Shown: positions 36,801 to 45,600 of the stretch, piece after piece
How the letters are laid out: each line of letters begins with the position of its first letter
Position numbering within the stretch: the stretch's first letter is position 1
NCBI GenBank assembly: GCA_965207075.1
Contig: CBDBLO010000002.1
Location: 2,214 to 66,213, forward strand
Reading direction: 5' to 3'
DNA from: Nitrosopumilus sp.
GTDB taxonomy: Archaea > Thermoproteota > Nitrososphaeria > Nitrososphaerales > Nitrosopumilaceae
DNA length: 64,000 nucleotides
The notes under the pieces: generated by a model
Database searches by the model: none
Seen by the model: only the letters and a program-made list of their open reading frames with translations
Told to the model about the DNA's origin: nothing
Made by a program: the position numbers and the translations under genes

Positions 36801-37874
36801 ACCATCGTGGCGCCAGACCACAACTTCGACTCCGCACTTGTCGACGAGATAGGCGACTCCAACCTCGACCCGATACAGGTATCCACGCGCAGTGCCGACA
36901 TCGACAACTACAAGCTTGTCGAGACCGGTCCTGACACGGGAATCTTCACGGGTGAGGTGATCCTTATCGGATTCGACCACAACGCGGACGGCGACACCGA
37001 GACTGGTACCGAGGCAGGTTATGACAACCCGCAGCGTGACACCAGCCCAGACGGCAGCGGACCCACCAACGGCTACCTCCAGACTGACGATGACGACGGC
37101 ATCACCGTCTCATTCGAGTACTCTGAGGACGAGACCGTAGTGGGCTCTGCTCTCATCAGGTGGAACATAGGCGAAGTGCAGTGGCTCGAGTCATCGTACC
37201 CGGCATCCGGCACAGGAGTGGTCAGGGTCATCGACCCAGACATGAACTGGAACCCGGAGGCAGTGAACAACTTTGTGGTTGACGTGTGGTCAGACGCCGA
37301 CAACGGCGGAATCGACCTCACCGTAACCGAGACCAACGAGGCGACCGGAATATTCGAAGGCACGGTGTTCTTCACCATAACCGACGAGTCGTCCGGGCAC
37401 CGCCTCCGCGTCGCAGAGGGCAACACTGTAACGGCCGAGTATGAGGACAACACGCTACCAGACCCGTACACGACAGCAGACGAGCTCGACATAACGGCAA
37501 CCACGCTGATCGGCACCATCGTGCCTCCGCTGGAGAGGGCGCCCGCAACCAACCTTAGGATTGTGGATGCCTTCGGCAACAGCCTAGACACGGTGTCTGC
37601 AGACCAGCAGGTGCAGATCGTGGCAGACCTGGCCAACGGCCAGGACCGCTCCCAGGCCTTTGCCTATCTGGTACAGGTCCAGGACGCAAACGGTGTCACG
37701 GTCGCGCTCTCCTGGATATCCGGAACGCTGGAGGCAGGACAGTCACTGAGTCCGTCAACATCATGGATTCCATCCGAGGCGGGAACCTACACGGCAACCG
37801 CGTTCGTATGGGAGTCAGTTGACAACCCGACTGCCCTATCGCCGCCGGTCACAACCGACATCACCGTAAGCTAG
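30888..37874 (+). CDS. Large thaumarchaeal-type S-layer protein, copy A (probably a silent cassette)
   Basis: Reading frame open to 37874 (ORF track starts at GTG 30741); N-terminus YRKYTSITLMAIMVAGGLTFA, acidic beta-rich body, DUF5011-like Ig repeats, C-terminal ...SWIP..AGTYTATAFVWES; 30888 is the first ATG inside the homologous region. Confidence 0.85.
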   Translation: MAIMVAGGLTFAVPGADPVFAEVSTSNPNLYVSAEGQDPDNMFAEGNIIEVIIRDDSIGDTDEGEAEPEVTVNGADLRMLQTANGYWTAYFAEVDALAGAAESLPYGVYCSETAASAVTGLPLSDGNGVYLPPGSNCNDSNTSANGHPLIREPRDLTNYDGNSLGQLGLSNANLWPFIQVYDFTSLTDVDIVYNKGGDRQTVTLTFDDPSESHSLDRTKYPQGAHVHIELMDYALNIDPTDEDTWVFDTQNGGAYYNVFDEDGNPSSEINAVGSEAGIDETVSINRGAQGNDVIDCQVTKDFGIQEEDNASRDYLVVDDYGACVPNVGLVAGADDVFTPGNFAIGFVEDGSNNNVFINWAEDQRSNIVVKKDALRGNSFEVDYSSPDAKSGVIGHFFAELALDVPDDTWNSGERIPITLTDEDANVNPLAEDNLEVANPYSLLVPSIRIGSPVTLASATGDVVWFDLADPLPPDTTDPVIRLTGPSEIRLNVGDTYTERGATCTDARDGNLTVSQTSAAPNTNVAGTYTLMYTCTDTAGNSASVTRVVTVDDPDRPDTDMPVITVNPGTDTITAGDTWTDAGASCTDARDGPLTVTTTGTVTNTAPGTYTITYACEDNAGNSATETRTVTVNARQATISLTVDPGQWDDGVIELDISGTTVNVADGIVTLTSDTIPNFGEYDVTVTSNVISGMIPFANVTVSGTHTFTATTSDGSISGSDTANIPPAMSLTNVVHIDSWIDADDVPTADRDYITLRVAGTESVSGPVTLSVLDEDGELTDKLGLPVQFGDNGQVRINITDTSIQGPTQFVLTTTYAGVTSTSNSWTANMPVLLTLDDIIVNEWDNGSLILNITGTKQAIVPNGGGSDNVDVRVSGTTTIVGSVEGYSDGVVNGTVTLADTDWALSGTTVQFELVEDTNTPTIFTSDPVARDIPSILTNLQVTTTGSNAGQWNDGNFEVRVTGSSDGIPEDTLINLEADNGEAWIPVVTGANTPGLLQILAGGDIRATVSIDDINLSGNTVFRLVTATNGATSNNSTAINIPSVFTSLPVITADSDGWGGDNNIDINALGTSGLADATTLQLRVSTGGAFTDVGATSTIAADANGAINHTGSLTDLSLSGTSATFILQATTSGIIVMSDNVTVSIPAALTLADVSFGNAGWTGEEGSQVLNLFVTGSTTLTVGNGASLEYYNEATETWVPVPVDGDGPALVGTIPDDGAIADAQVILDDPELAGDTVQLRLVSTDDTTTAASAPITRTIPALPPSSSSVDMAPTPISFSAQNGFPPITRAVINDISEIPAVHNVQASSPVAIYTWSDDDKTVEAFSDRLRLSEPSERNTITGNSKIVIYGWEPPTFADGVTTLFNWNFGSILSDSIAAGTIITEIRLANAAHTESVLLGDGESGLVDITAMKDDIEALGDTVDLVIMMDNTNIDHVCGDITLVADFFTFGQNDDDGRVNNAIYRIEVEEASSNSADFEGTVEYTMLNQLNIDDPATYTGLRTISDQVSIIVHEDFTDEDSVRVNYLDLGADGVSTQIAIQQAAPTHSAVVSFDAESYKVADTVTITLEDADLNVQNDVIDIYTFSSELTDYIGDDKAYILDVTFDDELWTSGECEGADGFASTGFTLQETAAGSGVFTGDFQIPEYYCQSSTTTMVSVTGVDIEVNYQDFRDASGEEIEVGAGAAVRANTGTVSLDRTVYPVPFAADVFEHTTGTLGQHDLTVHVTIDDPDFDISAAGEDVISNATEYLTVQVIRGSASQTIDLDDAQILETAPDSGAFELDLPLAYDAGPDGSILQGDILQVEYRDPTDASGEENTVTDSATFDLRNGVLQSDKSVYIIGSDMILTLIEPDLDLENDGAESYTLDLIEWDSDAATLGMDNPVFDPEPSELRETGDSTGIFQVIVEIPAEIDGDRLERGEEIELEYVDWGPSGADYVGDESEDVGLTVFTSNFGATIELDQKVYTWTDKVYITIVAPDHNFDSALVDEIGDSNLDPIQVSTRSADIDNYKLVETGPDTGIFTGEVILIGFDHNADGDTETGTEAGYDNPQRDTSPDGSGPTNGYLQTDDDDGITVSFEYSEDETVVGSALIRWNIGEVQWLESSYPASGTGVVRVIDPDMNWNPEAVNNFVVDVWSDADNGGIDLTVTETNEATGIFEGTVFFTITDESSGHRLRVAEGNTVTAEYEDNTLPDPYTTADELDITATTLIGTIVPPLERAPATNLRIVDAFGNSLDTVSADQQVQIVADLANGQDRSQAFAYLVQVQDANGVTVALSWISGTLEAGQSLSPSTSWIPSEAGTYTATAFVWESVDNPTALSPPVTTDITVS

Positions 37875-37909
37875 TATATACACAAAAACACACAGAAAAA
37901 AATTTCCCC

Positions 37910-37928
37910 TTTTTTCTTTTTTTATTTT
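37910..37928 (+). terminator. Archaeal oligo-T terminator of S-layer copy A
   Basis: TTTTTTCTTTTTTTATTTT just downstream of the stop. Confidence 0.75.
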
Positions 37929-38259
37929 GGACTAACAGCGGATGCTGTGACCGTCAGGTTGTAGCATGCGCAAATCCGCGCTATGCTGTATCCAGAGACT
38001 TGGTCGACGAGCAGCAAAAATGGTAATCAAGTACGTGACGTCCCTTGCTGCATGTAGGACGATAACGAAATATGGAATAATTTCCGACCAGCTAACGTGA
38101 AAGATCTACGAGTGCGTCCGACCATGTTAAAGCGGGTTCATCCACCGCGCCGTTCTGCGACGAGTTTTCTTTGCGCGTTTTATTTTCTGCATGTGGGCAA
38201 CCGACGGTTTTTGGGCTGGGCTTGGACATAACCTCTGAAGTCATGGAAGGATTGCACTA

Positions 38260-39364
38260 GAGTGACGATCATTGAAAATTTCGCTTCACACGCAGCGGTA
38301 CAGAAATTTGTAGATGTCAAGCCTGATTGGGCACGTCCTGAAATATTCGGACACAGCATGCGTCAGATCCTCCCGCGTCTCGTAGTGTTCTGAGGTGACA
38401 AGCCTGTACTTTGCATCCTTCCATACGGACTCGACTGCGCTGAGCTTCGGTGTGGCGGTGGGCAGGTACAGGATCTCCACCCCGTCGTGTTCCTTCAGGT
38501 ACTTTTTCACCTCCCTGTGCTTGTGCTGGCTTGCGTTGTCCGCTACGAGCAGGACCCTGCCCCACTTGCGGCGCACCTTCCTGAGATACCGTACGAACGT
38601 CGGGCCGTCGAACTTCTCATACTGCCGCATCAGTCTCGTTCCATCCTCTGCAAGCGTGCCGAACACGACGGTCCGATCCCTCCTGCCGTGCCGGCTGACA
38701 GTCACGGAATCCCCGACGCGCGACCACAGCTTCCTTCCGTTCGTCCCCGTTCTGAGAAATATGGACTCGTCCTGCACCGCGATCGTCAATCCGCGCCTTT
38801 TTGCACCCGATATCGTGCCTGCGGCGTCGGCCTGCCACTGCCTTACCGCGTCGGCGTCGGCAGCCGAGGCGTACAGGGTGGTCGACCTCTTGGACGAGAA
38901 CCCGAGGCGTCGCAGGATCCTGCGCACGCTGCACAGGCTGTACCGGATGTACAGCCTCTCCCGTATCCAGTTCCGCAGCTTTCTCGGGGTGAGCGTGTTC
39001 CTGCCTGCAAGCCTGTCGGCCACCCTCCTGATCTGGCCGTACCTTGCGCGTGAAGCCCTGCCCCTCCCGGGAGCGTCCCGGAGGCCACCGATGCCGTCCT
39101 CGTTGAACCGGGCAACCCACAGTTGCACCGTTCGCTGGTCCACGTCTGCAAAATCAGACGCGGTCCTTGTCGAGTGGCCCTTGAGCACACCCAGGACAGC
39201 CATCATCCTGTTGCGGATCCTGACGTCCCTCTCTGCACGCATGGCCTCCTTCAGCTCCCAGATCTTCTTGCTGTTCTCGATCATGGATGGGGCGGCGATC
39301 CGGCGATCAATAAGCTTTTCTGCGGTTGTCCATCATGAGGCGAAATTTTCAATGAGCGTCACTC
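38260..39364 (-). mobile_element. IS630/Tc1-mariner family IS
   Basis: TIRs GAGTGACGATCATTGAAAATTTCGC / GAGTGACGCTCATTGAAAATTTCGC (1 mismatch); TA on both sides (38258-59, 39365-66) in a CTAG context. Confidence 0.93.
38286..39284 (-). CDS. IS630 transposase (intact, single frame)
   Basis: Two HTH regions; DDE triad QDES / ADNAS / AVESVW. Confidence 0.93.
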   Translation of the reverse strand: MIENSKKIWELKEAMRAERDVRIRNRMMAVLGVLKGHSTRTASDFADVDQRTVQLWVARFNEDGIGGLRDAPGRGRASRARYGQIRRVADRLAGRNTLTPRKLRNWIRERLYIRYSLCSVRRILRRLGFSSKRSTTLYASAADADAVRQWQADAAGTISGAKRRGLTIAVQDESIFLRTGTNGRKLWSRVGDSVTVSRHGRRDRTVVFGTLAEDGTRLMRQYEKFDGPTFVRYLRKVRRKWGRVLLVADNASQHKHREVKKYLKEHDGVEILYLPTATPKLSAVESVWKDAKYRLVTSEHYETREDLTHAVSEYFRTCPIRLDIYKFLYRCV

Positions 39365-39609
39365 TAGTGGACGCTCTGACAGCTTGAATGCGCCGCGGTT
39401 AAATGATGCGTCCATCTACCCATGAGATGATATGGGCAGCCACCCCCGTATTCAACACCGCCGTTATCCGCAATCCGTCGCCGGCCGGATACAACGGCGG
39501 CCGCCATAGCAACATTATGGCCAAGTTTTACGCCCAAACGCCGGCAAATCAGAATAGAGGTGCCATGCTTGTGCAATCATGTGACGGTCACAGCATCCGC
39601 TGTTAGTCC

Positions 39610-39628
39610 AAAATAAAAAAAGAAAAAA
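39610..39628 (-). terminator. Oligo-T terminator of S-layer copy B
   Basis: Reverse complement of the copy A terminator. Confidence 0.75.
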
Positions 39629-39663
39629 GGGGAAATTTTTTTCTGTGTGTTTTTGTGTATATA

Positions 39664-42600
39664 CTAGCTTACGGTGATGTCGGTTGTGACCGGCGGCGAT
39701 AGGGCAGTCGGGTTGTCAACTGACTCCCATACGAACGCGGTTGCCGTGTAGGTTCCCGCCTCGGATGGAATCCATGATGTTGACGGACTCAGTGACTGTC
39801 CTGCCTCCAGCGTTCCGGATATCCAGGAGAGCGCGACCGTGACACCGTTTGCGTCCTGGACCTGTACCAGATAGGCAAAGGCCTGGGAGCGGTCCTGGCC
39901 GTTGGCCAGGTCTGCCACGATCTGCACCTGCTGGTCTGCAGACACCGTGTCTAGGCTGTTGCCGAAGGCATCCACAATCCTAAGGTTGGTTGCGGGCGCC
40001 CTCTCCAGCGGAGGCACGATGGTGCCGATCAGCGTGGTTGCCGTTATGTCGAGCTCGTCTGCTGTCGTGTACGGGTCTGGTAGCGTGTTGTCCTCATACT
40101 CGGCCGTTACAGTGTTGCCCTCTGCGACGCGGAGGCGGTGCCCGGACGACTCGTCGGTTATGGTGAAGAACACCGTGCCTTCGAATATTCCGGTCGCCTC
40201 GTTGGTCTCGGTTACGGTGAGGTCGATTCCGCCGTTGTCGGCGTCTGACCACACGTCAACCACAAAGTTGTTCACTGCCTCCGGGTTCCAGTTCATGTCT
40301 GGGTCGATGACCCTGACCACTCCTGTGCCGGATGCCGGGTACGATGACTCGAGCCACTGCACTTCGCCTATGTTCCACCTGATGAGAGCAGAGCCCACTA
40401 CGGTCTCGTCCTCAGAGTACTCGAATGAGACGGTGATGCCGTCGTCATCGTCAGTCTGGAGGTAGCCGTTGGTGGGTCCGCTGCCGTCTGGGCTGGTGTC
40501 ACGCTGCGGGTTGTCATAACCTGCCTCGGTACCAGTCTCGGTGTCGCCGTCCGCGTTGTGGTCGAATCCGATAAGGATCACCTCACCCGTGAAGATTCCC
40601 GTGTCAGGACCGGTCTCGACAAGCTTGTAGTTGTCGATGTCGGCACTGCGCGTGGATACCTGTATCGGGTCGAGGTTGGAGTCGCCTATCTCGTCGACAA
40701 GTGCGGAGTCGAAGTTGTGGTCTGGCGCCACGATGGTGATGTAGACCTTGTCGGTCCACGTGTACACCTTCTGGTCCAGCTCGATGGTCGCGCCAAAGTT
40801 GGAGGTGAATACCGTCAGTCCGACGTCCTCACTCTCGTCGCCGACATAGTCGGCGCCTGACGGACCCCAGTCAACGTACTCGAGCTCGATCTCCTCACCC
40901 CTCTCGAGGCGGTCGCCGTCGATCTCCGCGGGAATCTCGACTATCACCTGGAATATTCCGGTGGAGTCTCCAGTCTCACGGAGCTCGGATGGCTCTGGAT
41001 CGAACACTGGGTTGTCCATGCCGAGCGTCGCTGCGTCAGAGTCCCACTCGATCAGGTCGAGCGTGTAGGACTCGGCGCCGTCGTTCTCCAGGTCAAGGTC
41101 CGGCTCTATCAGCGTCAGGATCATGTCTGAGCCGATGATGTAGACGGACTTGTCGGACTGGAGCACGCCGTTGCGCAGGTCGAAGGTAGCAGAGTCTGTG
41201 ACGGTGTTCTCCTCGCCTGACGCGTCAGTCGGGTCGCGGTACTCGACCTGCAGGATGTCTCCTTGCAGTATCGATCCGTCCGGACCGGCGTCGTACGCGA
41301 GTGGCAGGTCAAGCTCGAATGCGCCGCTGTCGGGCGCGGTCTCGAGGATCTGCGCGTCGTCAAGGTCGATCGTCTGGGATGCCGAGCCGCGTATGACCTG
41401 TACGGTCAGGTACTCGGTGGCGTTGGATATCACGTCCTCGCCGGCAGCCGATATGTCAAAGTCCGGATCGTCTATGGTGACGTGGACCGTCAGATCGTGC
41501 TGGCCGAGCGTGCCTGTGGTGTGCTCGAACACGTCTGCCGCGAACGGCACCGGGTATACGGTGCGGTCAAGCGATACCGTACCAGTGTTGGCACGAACCG
41601 CCGCTCCCGCTCCGACCTCGATCTCCTCGCCGGACGCGTCACGGAAGTCCTGATAGTTGACTTCAATGTCCACGCCGGTTACGGAGACCATGGTGGTGGT
41701 GCTCGACTGGCAGTAGTATTCGGGTATCTGGAAGTCGCCCGTAAAGACGCCGGAGCCTGCCGCAGTCTCCTGCAGCGTGAAGCCGGTGGATGCAAATCCG
41801 TCGGCTCCCTCACATTCTCCGGAGGTCCATAGCTCGTCGTCAAATGTGACGTCGAGGATGTAGGCCTTGTCGTCTCCGATGTAGTCCGTGAGTTCAGATG
41901 AGAACGTGTAGATGTCTATCACGTCGTTCTGGACGTTGAGGTCGGCATCCTCCAGCGTTATCGTAACGGTGTCGGCAACCTTGTAGCTCTCCGCGTCAAA
42001 GGAGACCACGGCGCTGTGCGTCGGGGCCGCCTGCTGGATCGCTATCTGGGTTGATACGCCGTCGGCGCCCAAGTCGAGATAGTTGACCCTCACGGAGTCC
42101 TCGTCGGTAAAGTCCTCGTGGACTATGATCGACACTTGGTCTGAGATGGTCCTCAGGCCCGTGTACGTGGCCGGATCGTCGATGTTCAGCTGGTTGAGCA
42201 TGGTGTACTCCACGGTGCCCTCAAAGTCGGCAGAGTTGCTGCTGGCCTCCTCGACCTCGATGCGGTATATGGCGTTGTTCACCCTACCGTCATCGTCGTT
42301 CTGTCCGAACGTGAAGAAGTCAGCAACCAACGTAATGTCGCCGCACACGTGGTCGATGTTGGTGTTGTCCATCATGATGACCAGGTCTACGGTATCTCCG
42401 AGGGCCTCGATGTCGTCCTTCATGGCAGTGATGTCCACCAGGCCGGATTCACCGTCGCCCAGTAGCACACTTTCGGTGTGGGCTGCGTTTGCAAGCCTGA
42501 TCTCGGTTATGATCGTGCCGGCCGCGATGCTGTCGCTCAGTATGGAACCAAAGTTCCAGTTGAACAGCGTTGTGACGCCGTCGGCAAACGTGGGTGGCTC

Positions 42601-45600
42601 CCATCCGTATATGACGATCTTCGAGTTGCCCGTTATGGTGTTCCTCTCGGAAGGCTCGGATAGTCTGAGCCTGTCGCTGAACGCCTCTACGGTCTTGTCG
42701 TCATCTGACCAGGTGTATATTGCCACCGGTGATGAGGCCTGCACGTTGTGCACGGCCGGTATCTCGCTGATGTCGTTGATTACTGCCCTGGTTATGGGCG
42801 GGAATCCGTTCTGTGCGGAGAAGGATATCGGCGTCGGTACCATGTCGACGCTGTTGCCAGATGGCAGTGCCGGAACGACCCTTGATAGGGAGTTTGATAC
42901 TGCTATGGCGGGGTCACTACCTGTTTGCAGTCTGAACTGGACTGTGTCGCCCGCCAGTTCTGTATCATCTAGGGTTACCACCGCGTCAGATATGTCACCC
43001 GCTGTGCCGCTTGCAGCAGGGGTAAGAGGGATCCATGTTTCGCCGTTGGTGGATACCGCTAGTGTTGCGCCTGTACTCAATTTGCTGTTGCCTGTTACAA
43101 ACAGGTTGAGGCTATGATCAGTATCAGTTGTGTTAGTCCATCCTGCATTGCCGAAACTCACGTCTGCCAGGGTCAGTGCCGCAGGTATGCTTACGGTCCT
43201 GTTGCCTGACTCTGCCACATTGCCGCCGACAGTGACTGCCAGTTTGAACGTGGTCGTTATTCCGGACATTGCGATGTCGTTCAGGGTTGCATTGTAGTCG
43301 AAATTGCCGCCTGTAAGGGCGGTGTCAAAGGCATTACCTACGTCAACAAACTCATTAGCTTTCACCGCCTGCAATTGCAGAGACGTACCCGAAGCACCCA
43401 AGCCAGAGGTTCCCTTTACGTTTATCGTAAGGGCGCCAGCATCCGTCCAGTCACCAATCGGCGTGACGGTCGGCAGGGATGTGAGTATGTGCGGGATGCG
43501 CACGGCTGTCGAGTTGTTTGACGCGGCATCGTTGGCATATTCATTGGATTGGTCAGTGCCAGTCACCAGCCTAAACACGGTATCTCCGGACAGAGATATG
43601 TCCGTTATGGATACCGTGGCGCGTATGTCGCCGCCAGACAGTATCCGCAGTCCCGTAGTTGTGCCATCTACAACCGTCGTCCATTGATCGTCGATGTCTG
43701 CCTGCAGGTCAATCTCGGTATCCTCTGCAATGCCGTCGCTGAGTCCTGTCACCCTTACCTCAAAGTTCCCGTCGTTCCACTGGCCCGCGTTGCTGCCGGT
43801 TGTGACAACTTGCAGGTTGGTCAGTATCGGGGGTATGTCTCTGGATAGGGGATCTGATGTGAAAGTCGTCGCCGCACCTCCGGAGTTTTCCACCAGTACA
43901 AACTGTACGGTAGTGCCGGATAATGCGAGGTCGTCGGCGCCAAGTGTTACCGTGCCGTTTACCACGCCGTCATCGAAACCAGAAACCGAAACCGTACCTA
44001 CGGCTGCTCCAGTATCAACTAGATGGACAGTGAATGCGCCACCGCCGTCGGTATTCGGTACGATTGCTTGCTTGCTACCTGTTATGTTCAGTATGAGCGA
44101 ACCCGTGGTTGCACCTGCGATCCATTCATTTACGATGATGTCGTCTAGGGTAAGCAGTACGGGCATGGGCGCAGTCCAACTGTTTGAAGCTACAGGTACG
44201 CCAGCGTAGGTGGTTGTCAGGACAAACTGGGTTGGGCCTTGTATGGCAGTATTCGTTATGTTGATACGCGCTTGGTTGTTGACAAACTGTACAGGTTGGT
44301 TAAGCGTGGCTGTATCAAGCTCGCCGTCCTCATCAAGTACTGACAAGGCAACGGCGCCAGACACGGATTCCGTACCTGCGACCCGTAGCGTAATGTAATC
44401 ATCACCAGTGTCAGGATTAATCCATTCATCTACGGGAACCACGTTGGTAAGGGATATCGCCGGCGGTATGTTTGCCGTGTCGCTGTTACTAATTGAGCCG
44501 TCAGAAGTCGTTGCCGTAAACGTGTGGGTGCCGGACACCGTAACGTTGGCAAAGGGTATCATCCCTGATATCACGTTGCTGGTTACTGCAACGTCATACT
44601 CGCCAAAGTTGGGAATGGTGTCTGACGTCAGTGTAACGGTGCCGTCGGCGACGTTGACCGTGGTTCCGCTTATGTCCAGCTCGATAACTCCGTCATCCCA
44701 TTGGCCTGGGTCGACGGTCAGTGATATCGTAGCCTGTCTGGCATTTACGGTTACGGTCCTAGTCTCGGTTGCGGAGTTTCCTGCATTGTCCTCACAGGCG
44801 TACGTTATGGTGTAGGTGCCCGGTGCAGTGTTGGTGACGGTGCCAGTCGTGGTCACGGTCAGTGGCCCGTCCCTGGCATCCGTACAGCTGGCTCCCGCGT
44901 CGGTCCAGGTGTCACCGGCAGTTATGGTGTCGGTGCCCGGGTTCACGGTAATCACGGGCATGTCAGTATCGGGTCTGTCAGGATCGTCGACGGTTACCAC
45001 TCTGGTAACGGAAGCCGAGTTTCCTGCAGTGTCGGTACAAGTGTACATCAGCGTGTACGTGCCTGCCACGTTAGTGTTGGGTGCAGCCGACGTCTGGGAG
45101 ACCGTTAGGTTGCCGTCCCTCGCGTCAGTACACGTGGCGCCCCGCTCGGTATAGGTGTCGCCCACGTTCAGCCTGATCTCCGAGGGTCCGGTGAGTCTGA
45201 TCACCGGATCTGTGGTGTCAGGCGGAAGCGGATCTGCCAAGTCAAACCATACCACGTCGCCTGTGGCCGACGCCAGCGTGACCGGCGAGCCGATCCTGAT
45301 GGATGGCACCAGCAGGCTGTACGGGTTGGCCACCTCGAGGTTGTCCTCTGCGAGTGGGTTGACGTTGGCGTCCTCGTCGGTAAGCGTTATGGGTATGCGT
45401 TCGCCAGAGTTCCAGGTGTCGTCAGGCACGTCGAGCGCGAGCTCGGCAAAGAAGTGTCCTATGACCCCGGACTTTGCGTCCGGAGAGCTGTAGTCCACCT
45501 CGAAGCTGTTGCCCCTCAGCGCGTCTTTCTTTACGACGATGTTGGACCTCTGGTCCTCGGCCCAGTTGATGAATACGTTGTTGTTGGAGCCGTCCTCCAC

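Noticed and set aside
38260-39364. IS630 transposase as the mobiliser of the TnpB elements
   Set aside because: IS630 duplicates TA and its TIRs are unrelated to the TnpB element ends, which show 8-9 bp TSDs
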